Below are positions 28,382 to 36,966 of a DNA stretch of 64,000 bases, in pieces. The first letter of the stretch is position 1. Each line of letters opens with the position of its first letter. The stretch comes from an uncultured Actinomycetes bacterium (GTDB lineage Bacteria; Actinomycetota; Thermoleophilia; UBA2241): positions 96,001 through 160,000 of the forward strand of contig CAVYCN010000006.1 of NCBI GenBank assembly GCA_963767005.1. The letters are read 5' to 3'. Below the pieces are notes generated by a model. The model had not been told where the DNA came from. It saw only the letters and a list, made by a program, of their open reading frames with translations, and did no database searches. Position numbers and translations under genes: made by a program.

Positions 28382-29731
28382 ATGCAGCAACTCTTCACGA
28401 TTGCCGCGCTCTGGCTCGCGCTCGCGGTCGTCGCCGCGATCCTCGCCTACCGCCTCAAGATCGCCATCGCCCTCGTCGAGATCTGCGTCGGCGTCGCGGT
28501 GGCTGCCATTGCCACGCACTTCGGCTTCTTCCATCGCCTCGGCTCCGACCAGCAGTGGCTACAGTTCCTGGCCTCGACCGGCGCAGTGCTGCTCACGTTC
28601 CTGGCCGGAGCGGAACTCGATCCAGCGGTCATCCGGGGCAAGCTGCCCGAGGTCACGATCGTCGGCTTGGTCGGCTTTGCCTCACCGTTCCTGGTGTGCG
28701 CCGCCGTGGCCCACTGGCTGCTCGGCTGGGACGGGCAAGCGAGCCTGCTCGCAGGCGTCGCCCTCTCGACGACCTCGATGGCCGTCGTCTACTCGGTCAT
28801 GCTTGAGACCGGCTTCAACCGCACCGACTTCGGCAAGGGCATCCTCGGCGCGTGCTTCATCAACGACCTCGGCACGGTGATCGCCCTCGGCCTGCTGTTC
28901 GCGCCCTTCACGTACAAGACGGGAGTCTTCATGGCGGCCACGGTCGGTGCGGTCGCTGTCCTGCCGCTTGTCATCAACTACCTGACCCGCGTCTACGGCC
29001 ACCGCACCGCCGCCATCCGCACCAAGCTCGTCATGGTCGTGCTGCTCGGTCTTGGGGCACTCGCCTACTGGGCCGGTAGCGAGGCGGTGCTGCCGGCCTA
29101 CATCGTCGGCATCGTGCTGGCCGGCGGCGCCGCTCAGGACCACCACTGGATCAGGCGGCTGCGCACGCTCACCGTCGGCTTTCTCACGCCGTTCTACTTC
29201 CTGCGCGCCGGCATGCTGGTCAGTGTGAGCGCGGTCGTCGCCGCGCCGCTCATGGTGCTCGTCCTGTTCGGTGCCAAGGTCGGCGCCAAGATCTTCGGCC
29301 TCTCGCCCGTCATCGGCTGCTTCCGCAAGGAGCGCAACGAGCGCTGGTACTACACGCTCATGATGTCGACCGGGCTCACGTTCGGCACGATCTCCGCCCT
29401 TTACGGTCTGAGCCACGGCATCGTCACGCAGCGCCAGTACTCGTACCTCGTCGCGGTCGTAATCGGTACGGCAGTGATCCCAACGTTGGTTGCCAGCCTC
29501 GCTTTCGTCCCTCGGCACCTCCTAGTCACCCGGGAGCCGAGCGAAGTCGAGCCCGTCATCACCGAGGTGAATGAGAGGGCGACGACGGCTGCGGCCGCTT
29601 TGGGTGAGGCTGCTATGCGGGCCCTCCGGGACATCGAGGCTCCATTCGTGGACGACAAGCTTCTCACGGCGGCGCTCGACGAACTCGACCTCGAAGAGGA
29701 GGAAGGCGAGGAAGTCGCGGACGAGGGCTGA
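28382..29731 (+). CDS. Cation:proton antiporter (Na+/H+ exchanger family) downstream of the fluoride riboswitch
   Basis: FLAGAELD, STTSMAVVY, FINDLGTV, TPFYF and MSTGLTFGTI; about 12 TM; GGAGG RBS. Confidence 0.88.
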   Translation: MQQLFTIAALWLALAVVAAILAYRLKIAIALVEICVGVAVAAIATHFGFFHRLGSDQQWLQFLASTGAVLLTFLAGAELDPAVIRGKLPEVTIVGLVGFASPFLVCAAVAHWLLGWDGQASLLAGVALSTTSMAVVYSVMLETGFNRTDFGKGILGACFINDLGTVIALGLLFAPFTYKTGVFMAATVGAVAVLPLVINYLTRVYGHRTAAIRTKLVMVVLLGLGALAYWAGSEAVLPAYIVGIVLAGGAAQDHHWIRRLRTLTVGFLTPFYFLRAGMLVSVSAVVAAPLMVLVLFGAKVGAKIFGLSPVIGCFRKERNERWYYTLMMSTGLTFGTISALYGLSHGIVTQRQYSYLVAVVIGTAVIPTLVASLAFVPRHLLVTREPSEVEPVITEVNERATTAAAALGEAAMRALRDIEAPFVDDKLLTAALDELDLEEEEGEEVADEG

Positions 29732-29873
29732 GGTCGGAACGACGGAGCCCATTGGAGGCAGGCCGGTCGCACAATCGAGAGGCAGCTTGAGCGACGGTAG
29801 TGGAGTGGTCACGCCCGGGTGCAGGGGGGGTCAGGGGTCGTCTGCGACCGGATGGCCAAGACGGCGCGGCCTC

Positions 29874-30512
29874 CTAATCCTCGCGCCTTCCGGTGTCGGC
29901 CGCCTCGAGGGCCTCCTGAGCCTCGCCCCTGATCCACCAGACCATGGCCAAGCCCGCGAGCGGGTCCGCCCACCACCATCCGAACAGCCTGTTGAGCAGC
30001 AGCCCGGCCAGCAACGTCGCCGACATGTAGACACAGACCAGCGAGCAGGCGCAGTCGCCACGCAGGGCTGGGCTGTCGAGCCTTCGCGCCAGAGTGAGAC
30101 GCCAGCGCCGGAGCACCGGCATGACGCAAAGAACGGCAACGGCCAGAACAACGCCTGGCACGGAGGCGTCGGGCTTCACGTGGCCGATGAAGCTGGCCAG
30201 GGCAACGATCACGATGTAGACGATCAGACCATATAGCGCGAGGCCGATGAGCCGTGAGGCCTGACGTTCACGTTTATCGAGCTGCTCCTCATCCGCACCC
30301 TCGCCACGCAGCATGAGGGCGCGGAGCACGACGAGGCTCGTGAAGATCTCGATGCCACTGTCCAGGCCGAAGGTCGTGAGTGCCACTGACCTGGCCGAGA
30401 TGCCGATGGCAAGGGAAGCGACGAGCTCGACGACCATCCAAGCAGCCGTCAGGGACTGTGCGACACGAGCTTGGCGAACCAGCCCGTACGGAGGCTCGAC
30501 AGTCGAGTTCAT
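29874..30512 (-). CDS. Cation-efflux (CDF/TMEM163-like) metal transporter
   Basis: SVALTTFGLDS, ALRGD and WWWADPLAGL; TAGCAT 6 nt before ATG. Confidence 0.8.
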   Translation of the reverse strand: MNSTVEPPYGLVRQARVAQSLTAAWMVVELVASLAIGISARSVALTTFGLDSGIEIFTSLVVLRALMLRGEGADEEQLDKRERQASRLIGLALYGLIVYIVIVALASFIGHVKPDASVPGVVLAVAVLCVMPVLRRWRLTLARRLDSPALRGDCACSLVCVYMSATLLAGLLLNRLFGWWWADPLAGLAMVWWIRGEAQEALEAADTGRRED

Positions 30513-30586
30513 GCATTCATGCTAACGCACATACCCGCACCGGAGGGTGAGGCCGGGGTCAGGATTGGTCTGCGGTCGGCCGGTCC

Positions 30587-30616
30587 CTATACCCCGACAG
30601 GGGTCGCAAGGGGTAT
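30587..30616. repeat. Copy 1 of palindromic direct repeat CTATACCCC(C)GACAGGGGTCG
   Basis: Second copy at 31002-31022. Confidence 0.65.
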
Positions 30617-30673
30617 TGCGATCTACGGTCCGGCGAACACTCTTGACCTGCCGTGGCCGCGTGCTAGTTCGCA

Positions 30674-30700
30674 GGTGTCAACGGAACTGGGGCAACTCCA
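30674..30700 (+). mobile_element. Orphan IS3-like terminal inverted repeat
   Basis: GGTGTCAACGGAACTGGGGCAACTCCA resembles IS3-family right ends; no transposase adjacent. Confidence 0.45.
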
Positions 30701-31001
30701 ACTCCAGTTCAAGCGGCTGACACCTCGGGTCTGGAGGTCGGCTGGTGGTAACGTGCGAACTCAGTGGGGAACCCGTCAACCTTCGCCGACCATCGACAGC
30801 GTCCAGTTCTGCATCGACTTCGTGGTCGAGTCTGCGCTTGTGCTCTCGGAGTTTGACTACTCGATCGAAGCGTGAGCCGTCTGCCTAGACCGGCCGACGG
30901 TATCTAAACGCGCCTCAGATCGTCCCGTAGGGTTGGCCAGTCGGTTCCTCGACTCACACAAGCGGACTCTTTGGAGGGGGTGTTCACTTCTGGGGCGGTC
31001 G

Positions 31002-31022
31002 CTATACCCCCGACAGGGGTCG
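31002..31022. repeat. Copy 2 of palindromic direct repeat
   Basis: CTATACCCCCGACAGGGGTCG, 11 nt from the tRNA CCA end. Confidence 0.65.
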
Positions 31023-31033
31023 AAAGAGGGGGG

Positions 31034-31110
31034 TGGTGGGCGACGTTGGAATTGAACCAACGACCTCCAGCTTGTCGAGCTGGCGCTCTACGCAACTGAG
31101 CTAGTCGCCC
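31034..31110 (-). tRNA. tRNA-Val(GAC) with encoded CCA
   Basis: GGGCGAC/GTCGCCC acceptor stem, GCTC/GAGC D stem, CCAGC-TCGACAA-GCTGG anticodon arm, GTTGG-TTCAATT-CCAAC T arm; TGCTATAAT upstream. Confidence 0.95.
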
Positions 31111-31182
31111 ACGAGAGTAGCCGATTATAGCAGACCGTCCACGCCTGTCGCGCGGGCATTCGGACGGGCGTAAAGTGCGGCC

Positions 31183-32007
31183 ATGAGCGGGGGTTGTCAA
31201 CGGTTCGTGCTCATGCGTGCTCACGTCCCGCCTGTCCCCGTCGCGGCCGTGGCCGCACTCGCGATCCTTGCAGCATGCGCGCTGATGGCGGCATCTGGCT
31301 GCTCGACGTCGGCGGCTCCCGCACCCACTCCGGTGCCGGCCGCCTCGATCGCGCACTCGACGGCGCCACCGAGCGCGACGCCCTCGGCGACGACGGCCCC
31401 CGCGCCCTCGGCGACGCCTTCTGGCCCGTCGTCGTTCACGTTCACGGTGGCCGCGCTCGGCCCCTGGCGGCGCGCCCTGATGGTCAGGTCGGGATCGTGG
31501 TCGTCGCGCTGTCCGGTCTCGCTCGACGACCTGCGCCTCGTGTCGCTCACGTACTGGGGCTTCGACGGCCGGCGGCACACCGGCCTGCTCGTCGTGAACC
31601 GCGACGCCGTCGCGCCGATCGTCACGGCCCTGCACCGGCTCTACGAGATCCGCTTCCCCATCCGCCGCATGGTGCCGGTCGACGCCTACGGCGCGAGCGA
31701 CGAGCGCTCGATGGAGGCCGACAACACTTCGGCCTTCAACGGGCGCTTCGTCGAAGACTCGACGGTCTGGTCGCAGCACGCCTACGGCCGCGCGATCGAC
31801 ATCGACCCGCTCGAGAACCCCGAGGTCAAGGACGGCAAGGTCTACCCCACGACCGCCGGCCGCTTCCTCGACCGCACGCTCGGCCTGCCCGGCATGGTCA
31901 GCCCCGGCGACCCGGTGGTCGAAGCCTTCGCCGCCGTCGGCTGGGGCTGGGGCGGCTCCTGGTACTCGCTCAAGGACTACCAGCACTTCTCGGCGACCGG
32001 CACCTGA
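31183..32007 (+). CDS. M15 family metallopeptidase (D,D-carboxypeptidase-like), exported or lipoprotein
   Basis: NTSAFNGR, SQHAYGRAIDIDP and WGWGG..DYQHF; signal peptide plus Pro/Thr linker. Confidence 0.9.
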   Translation: MSGGCQRFVLMRAHVPPVPVAAVAALAILAACALMAASGCSTSAAPAPTPVPAASIAHSTAPPSATPSATTAPAPSATPSGPSSFTFTVAALGPWRRALMVRSGSWSSRCPVSLDDLRLVSLTYWGFDGRRHTGLLVVNRDAVAPIVTALHRLYEIRFPIRRMVPVDAYGASDERSMEADNTSAFNGRFVEDSTVWSQHAYGRAIDIDPLENPEVKDGKVYPTTAGRFLDRTLGLPGMVSPGDPVVEAFAAVGWGWGGSWYSLKDYQHFSATGT

Positions 32008-32557
32008 GGAGCGCGGCGGCCGGGCGCGCCGCGGCCGGACGCGCGGCGGGGGGGGGGGGGTGTGTGAGGAGGGTGGAGGTGCTTTGGGTGGTGTTGAGGG
32101 TGCGGAGGGAGGGGGTAGGGTAGAGTGAGTGGTAGCTTGCGTAGGTGATATGGGATTGAGTGCTTTGGCGGTAGTGCTGACTCTTGGACTGCTGCAGGCG
32201 TATATGAGTGTTGTTGCCCTGGCGACGAGATAGAGTGGCTCATGGGCTTCGCCAGCAAGCAGGGCTCAAGATGACTTCTGCTCTGCGATTCGACCCCGAG
32301 AGTGCGCGAGGAGCGCGAGACGGCCAGGCGCGGCGGGCGAGGCGCGCACGGCACGCGCGCCACCGCGCATCGGGGCGCAGCGGCGCGCGACGGCACGCGC
32401 GGCCGCGCTCCGCCGGCGAGGCCCAGCCAGCGCGGCAGGAGAAGCGCGCGGGGGGCGGAGGGGTCAGGAGCGCGGGAGGCTGGGCGCGCGACGTCGGCAC
32501 CCACTCCCCTTGACTGCGCCTGCCGGCCACTCCGCCCCGCCGGTCGACCGCCACCGG

Positions 32558-32616
32558 TTGCAAGCATTCGCCGGAAGTTTATACTGACTAGTCAGTAGAT
32601 CGACTGACTAGTCAGT
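32558..32616 (+). promoter_or_regulatory. Sigma70-type promoter overlapped by a tandem palindromic TetR-type operator
   Basis: TTGCAA-16-TATACT; ACTGACTAGTCAGT at 32583-32596 and 32603-32616. Confidence 0.85.
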
Positions 32617-32639
32617 TCAGGCGTTCCGGGAGGGAGCCC

Positions 32640-33443
32640 ATGACGAACGTCCCAACGACGACCGGCCCGCGGGTGGGCCGCGCGACCATCTCACCATCGG
32701 GCGCGCGCGGCGGCGCGGCGCCCGCGACACCCGGCGGCATCGTAGCGAGCGGGCTCGGGCTGGCCACCACCCGGGGCTGGGTGTACCGCGACGTCGATCT
32801 CGTCGTGCCGGCCGGCTCACTGGCCGTGATCACGGGGCCGGCGGGCTGTGGCAAGACGGCGCTGCTGCTCACGCTCGCGGCCCGCATGCGGCCGACGGCG
32901 GGCGCGCTGCGCGTGGGCGAGTGCGTCGCACTCGCCCACGCGCAGCGCGCCCGCCGCCTCGTCGGCCTGGGCGAGACCGCCGGCGTCAACAGCCTCGACG
33001 AGACGCTCACCGTGGCCGCCCAGATCGAGGGCGAGCTCGCGCTGCACAGCCGGCGCGTGCGCCGGGAGCTCCGCGGCCGGGCCAGCGCAGGGCAGCACGA
33101 CGCCGGCGACGTCGCCGGCGTCCTCGCCGCCGTTGATCTCAACCTCGACCCGAGGGTGAAAGTCGGCGACCTGCTCGCCCCGGACCGCCTGCTGCTCGGC
33201 GTCGCGCTCGCCTACGTGGGCCGGCCGCCGTTCCTGGTGGTCGACGACCTGCACGAGGACCTCTCCCCCGCCGACCACGACGTCGTGCTGGCGCGCCTGC
33301 GGGCGCTCGCCGACGGCGGCGTCACCGTCGTCGCCGGTAGCCTCGATCCCGCGCTGGCCGTACACGCCGACGTCGCCCTGGAGCTCGGCCTCGACGGCCG
33401 CCCCGTCACCCCGGCCCTGGAGGTCGTCTCATGCACTCCATAA
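32640..33443 (+). CDS. ABC transporter ATP-binding protein (divergent)
   Basis: Walker A GPAGCGKT, Walker B LVVDD; signature motif degenerate. Confidence 0.8.
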   Translation: MTNVPTTTGPRVGRATISPSGARGGAAPATPGGIVASGLGLATTRGWVYRDVDLVVPAGSLAVITGPAGCGKTALLLTLAARMRPTAGALRVGECVALAHAQRARRLVGLGETAGVNSLDETLTVAAQIEGELALHSRRVRRELRGRASAGQHDAGDVAGVLAAVDLNLDPRVKVGDLLAPDRLLLGVALAYVGRPPFLVVDDLHEDLSPADHDVVLARLRALADGGVTVVAGSLDPALAVHADVALELGLDGRPVTPALEVVSCTP

Positions 33444-35668
33444 GAATGGCGCGCGGCGAGCTGCGGCGCCTGGTATCCGCCCGTCCCTTCCTGCTCGCGG
33501 CCGGCGTCGTGTGCGTCGTGCCGCTGCTCTACTGCGTCCTGTACCTGTGGGCGTTCTGGAACCCGTATGCCCGCCTCGACAAGCTGCCGGTCGCAGTCGT
33601 CAACCTCGATCAGCCGGTGCGCACGAGCGGCACGACCGTGCACATCGGCAACGACCTGGCCGCCCAGCTTCGCAAGGACAAGGAGCTCGACTGGCACTTC
33701 GTGTCGGCGGCCAAGGCCCAGAGCGGCCTCAAGTCGGGCGCCTACTACATGACCCTCACGATCCCCACCGACTTCAGCGCCGACGTCGCGTCGGCGAGCG
33801 GCTCGTCGCCGCACACGGCGACGCTCCAGCTCCGCCAGAACGAGTCGCGCAACCTGCTCGCCTCGCAGATCGGCGACCGCGCCTTCACCGAGCTGCGCGC
33901 GGCGCTGTCGGCGACCACGAGCCAGGGCTACCTGGCCAGGATCTTCAGCGGCGTCGCCCAGGTGAAGAGGGGCATGACGAGTGCGGGCAGCGGCGCGACC
34001 ACCCTGTCGGTGGCGCTGCGCAGCGCGTCGAGCGGCTCGTCGACCCTCACCAGCGGCATCGCCACCGCGGCCAGCGGGTCGAAGACGCTCTCGTCGGGCC
34101 TCACGACGCTGGCGAGCGGCAGCACGACCCTCGCCGGCGGCGCGACCAGGCTCGCGACCGGGGCCGGCACGCTGGCGAGCGGACTCAGCAGCGCCGCGAG
34201 TGGGGCGAGTTCGGTGAGCGCCGGCAGCAGCAGCCTGGCGAGCGGCACGAGCACGCTGGCGAGCGGCCTCTCGAAGCTCGCCACGAACGCGTCGCAGCTT
34301 CACAGCGCGGCCGCCACCCTGGCCGGCGGGGCGTCGCAGGTGCACAGCGGCCTGCAGTCGGCGGTCGGCCAGACGACGAGCGCGGCGGCCTCGGCCGGCC
34401 AGCTCGCCGGCGGGGCGAGCCAGGTGCAGCAGCTCCTGGCCGCCTACATCGCCGCCCATCCCGACGCCGCCGACCTCGCCACGCTCGAGACGGCCGCCGG
34501 CGCAGCCGGCCAGGTCTCGTCGGGCCTGGCGAGCCTGCACGACGGCCTGGCGAGCGGCGCCACGCAGCTCGGTACGCTGGCAAGCGGCGCCGCGGAGCTC
34601 GACAGCGGCAGCTCAGAGCTCGCCGCCTCGCTCGCCACCTACAGCGTCGCCGTGACCCAGGCGAGCTCGGGCGCGGTGACGGTCGCAAGCGGCGCGAGCA
34701 GCCTCGCCGAGGGCGCGAGCAGCCTGCGCGCCGGCGTGAGCGCGACCAGCGCCGGAGCCGGCACCCTCGCCAGCAAGGCCCGTGAGCTCGCGAGCGGCGC
34801 CGGCGGCGTCGCCGCCGGCGCCGCTCAGGCGCGCGCCGGCAGCACCACCCTGGTGACCGGCATCGATCAGCTCCTGACCGGCAGCAGCACGCTCACCGGC
34901 GGCCTGCTCACCGCGCACTCCGGCGCGAGCCGCCTGGCGAGCAGCATCAGAAGCGGCGCCGCGTCGGTGCCCGCCTACAGCGGCCGCAGCGCCACCGCGC
35001 ACGCCGCGACCATGAGCGACCCGGTCAAGCTGACCACCACGCGCGTCCACCCCGTGCCCAACTACGGCACCGGCTTCGCGCCCTACTTCATCCCTCTCGC
35101 ACTCTGGGTCGGCGCGCTCATGACGTACTTCATCGTGCGCCCGCTGTCCGGCCGCGCCCTCGCCTCGACCCGCTCCGACTGGGACGTCGGGCTCGCCGGC
35201 CTGTGGCCCGGCGCGCTCGTCACGGCGCTGCAGGCCGTCGTGCTCGTGTTCGTGCTGCAGCTCGCCCTGGGCCTGCATCCGGTCGAGCCGGCGCTGCTCG
35301 TGCTGTTCGCCCTGGTGTCGGCCCTGTCGTTCACCGCCGTCCTGCAGTTCCTGTCGGCGGCCTTCGGCACGGCCGGCAAGTTCGTCGCCATCGTGCTGCT
35401 CATGCTGCAGCTCACCTCGTCGGGCGGCGCCTTTCCGCTGCAGACCAACCCGCGCTTCTTTCAGGTGATCAGCCCCTGCCTGCCCATGACCTACGTGGTC
35501 GCCGGCCTGCGCCAGGCGATCTCGGGCGGCGACCTGCACAAGCTGGCCTTCGACACCCTCGTCCTGCTGGGCTTCGCCGCCGCCGGCATCTGTGCGACGA
35601 TAGTGACCGCACACCGCCGCCGGACCTGGACGATGGCCCGGCTCAAGCCGGTGGTGACGATGCAATGA
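33431..35668 (+). CDS. YhgE/Pip family membrane protein with long xxxLxxG heptad repeats
   Basis: YLWAFWNPY..LPVAVVNLD, NYGTGFAPYF..LWVGAL and LQLTSSGG.FP. Confidence 0.92.
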   Translation: MHSIRMARGELRRLVSARPFLLAAGVVCVVPLLYCVLYLWAFWNPYARLDKLPVAVVNLDQPVRTSGTTVHIGNDLAAQLRKDKELDWHFVSAAKAQSGLKSGAYYMTLTIPTDFSADVASASGSSPHTATLQLRQNESRNLLASQIGDRAFTELRAALSATTSQGYLARIFSGVAQVKRGMTSAGSGATTLSVALRSASSGSSTLTSGIATAASGSKTLSSGLTTLASGSTTLAGGATRLATGAGTLASGLSSAASGASSVSAGSSSLASGTSTLASGLSKLATNASQLHSAAATLAGGASQVHSGLQSAVGQTTSAAASAGQLAGGASQVQQLLAAYIAAHPDAADLATLETAAGAAGQVSSGLASLHDGLASGATQLGTLASGAAELDSGSSELAASLATYSVAVTQASSGAVTVASGASSLAEGASSLRAGVSATSAGAGTLASKARELASGAGGVAAGAAQARAGSTTLVTGIDQLLTGSSTLTGGLLTAHSGASRLASSIRSGAASVPAYSGRSATAHAATMSDPVKLTTTRVHPVPNYGTGFAPYFIPLALWVGALMTYFIVRPLSGRALASTRSDWDVGLAGLWPGALVTALQAVVLVFVLQLALGLHPVEPALLVLFALVSALSFTAVLQFLSAAFGTAGKFVAIVLLMLQLTSSGGAFPLQTNPRFFQVISPCLPMTYVVAGLRQAISGGDLHKLAFDTLVLLGFAAAGICATIVTAHRRRTWTMARLKPVVTMQ

Positions 35669-35766
35669 GGCACGACGGCGCGACAGCCACGGCCCGGCGA
35701 CCGAACGGCACGACGCAGGCGGCGGCGGGGCACGGCAGCCGCGCCGCGGCCCACGAGCGGAGGGCG

Positions 35767-36369
35767 ATGGCCCAGACCGACGACACGCAGCACCCGCGCA
35801 GCGCGACGCTCGACCGCCTGTTCGAGGCGGCGGTCGAGCTGCTCGCCGACCGCGGCTACGCCGGCGCCACGATCGACGACATCGTCGAGCGCGCCGGCGT
35901 GGCCAAGGGCACTGTGTACTACCACTTCCGCAGCAAGGCGGAGCTGGTCTCGACCCTGCTCGACGACGGGCTCAAGCGCCTTGCGGCGTCGTTTCGCAGC
36001 GAGATCGAGGGCGCGCAGGGCGGCTGCGCCGCCCTGCGCGCCCTCGTCCACGCCGAGCTCACCTACATCGAACGTTACCAGGCCTTCTCGAAGCTCGTCA
36101 TGTCCGAGATGTGGCGCGCCGACCGCGACTGGCGCGACAGCCTGAGCACCCTGCGCGAGGAGTACGGCGAGGTCTTCGCGGGCGTGCTGCGCGCCGGCGT
36201 CGCCGAGGGCGTCTTTCGCGCCGACTTAGACGTGCGCGCCGCCGCCTCGACCATCTTCGGCATGATCGCGACGGCCGCGCTCGACTGGCTCGTGTTCGAG
36301 CCGCAGGCGACGCTCGAGGTGGTCGAAGCTCGCCTCACGCCGCTCGTGCTCGGCGCCGTGCGCGCCTGA
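35767..36369 (+). CDS. TetR/AcrR family regulator
   Basis: HTH GYAGATIDDIVERAGVAKGTVYYHFRSK; GGAGG before ATG 35767. Confidence 0.93.
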   Translation: MAQTDDTQHPRSATLDRLFEAAVELLADRGYAGATIDDIVERAGVAKGTVYYHFRSKAELVSTLLDDGLKRLAASFRSEIEGAQGGCAALRALVHAELTYIERYQAFSKLVMSEMWRADRDWRDSLSTLREEYGEVFAGVLRAGVAEGVFRADLDVRAAASTIFGMIATAALDWLVFEPQATLEVVEARLTPLVLGAVRA

Positions 36370-36389
36370 GCAAGGCCGGGCGGTTCAGT

Positions 36390-36417
36390 CGGGGCCGCGC
36401 GCCGGCGCGCGGCCCCG
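36390..36417. terminator. GC-rich perfect palindrome between convergent genes (candidate bidirectional terminator)
   Basis: CGGGGCCGCGCGCCGGCGCGCGGCCCCG; no U tract. Confidence 0.5.
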
Positions 36418-36447
36418 GCGCCTCTCCCCCACAGCCCGCGCGAGCGC

Positions 36448-36966
36448 TCAGACCCCGACGACGAGCTCCATGAGTAGCGCGTCGCGCCACGTGCCGTCGG
36501 CCGTGCGCTCGTAGGCGCGCATCACCCCGACGCGGCGAAAGCCGAGGCGCTCGTAGGCCCGCACAGCGCGCTCGTTGGCGGCGGAGGGATCGACCGTAAG
36601 GCGGTGATGGCCGCGCTCGCCCACCAGATGGCCGATCAGCACGCGCATCGCCTCGCTGCCCAGGCCGCGGTCCTGCCAGGCGTCGCCCATGAAGATGTCG
36701 ATCGACGCGCTGTGATAGTCGGGGTCGGCCTCCTCATGGAACTGGATCGAGCCGGCCACCGCGCCGTCGACCAGCACGGCGAACACGACGGCGCCCTCCT
36801 CGTTGATCTGGTCCCAGCTCGCCCGCATCCACCAGGCGGCCACGCCGGGGTCGTGCAGCAGGGCCAGGAGCGCGGGGGCGTCGGCGTCGGTCAGCGGTCG
36901 CAGTACGACGCGCTCGCCGCGCAGGGTCGGGACAGGGGCCGGCGAGCCGGCGCCGGCCGGGCTCAT
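36448..36966 (-). CDS. GNAT N-acetyltransferase (RimJ / AAC(6')-like)
   Basis: QDRGLG and NERAVRAYERLGF; ATGA overlap with the prfB stop. Confidence 0.85.
   Translation of the reverse strand: MSPAGAGSPAPVPTLRGERVVLRPLTDADAPALLALLHDPGVAAWWMRASWDQINEEGAVVFAVLVDGAVAGSIQFHEEADPDYHSASIDIFMGDAWQDRGLGSEAMRVLIGHLVGERGHHRLTVDPSAANERAVRAYERLGFRRVGVMRAYERTADGTWRDALLMELVVGV

Noticed and set aside
31183-32007. VanY/VanX glycopeptide-resistance locus
   Set aside because: Lone M15 peptidase without van ligase, dehydrogenase or two-component genes.
33960-34960. YhgE repeats as a type VII secretion (EsaA) or phage tail component
   Set aside because: No WXG100, FtsK/EssC or phage genes nearby; the ABC + TetR context fits ordinary YhgE/Pip.
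36448-36966. Acquired aminoglycoside resistance gene
   Set aside because: GNAT similarity only; host-like GC, coupled to prfB, no mobile context.
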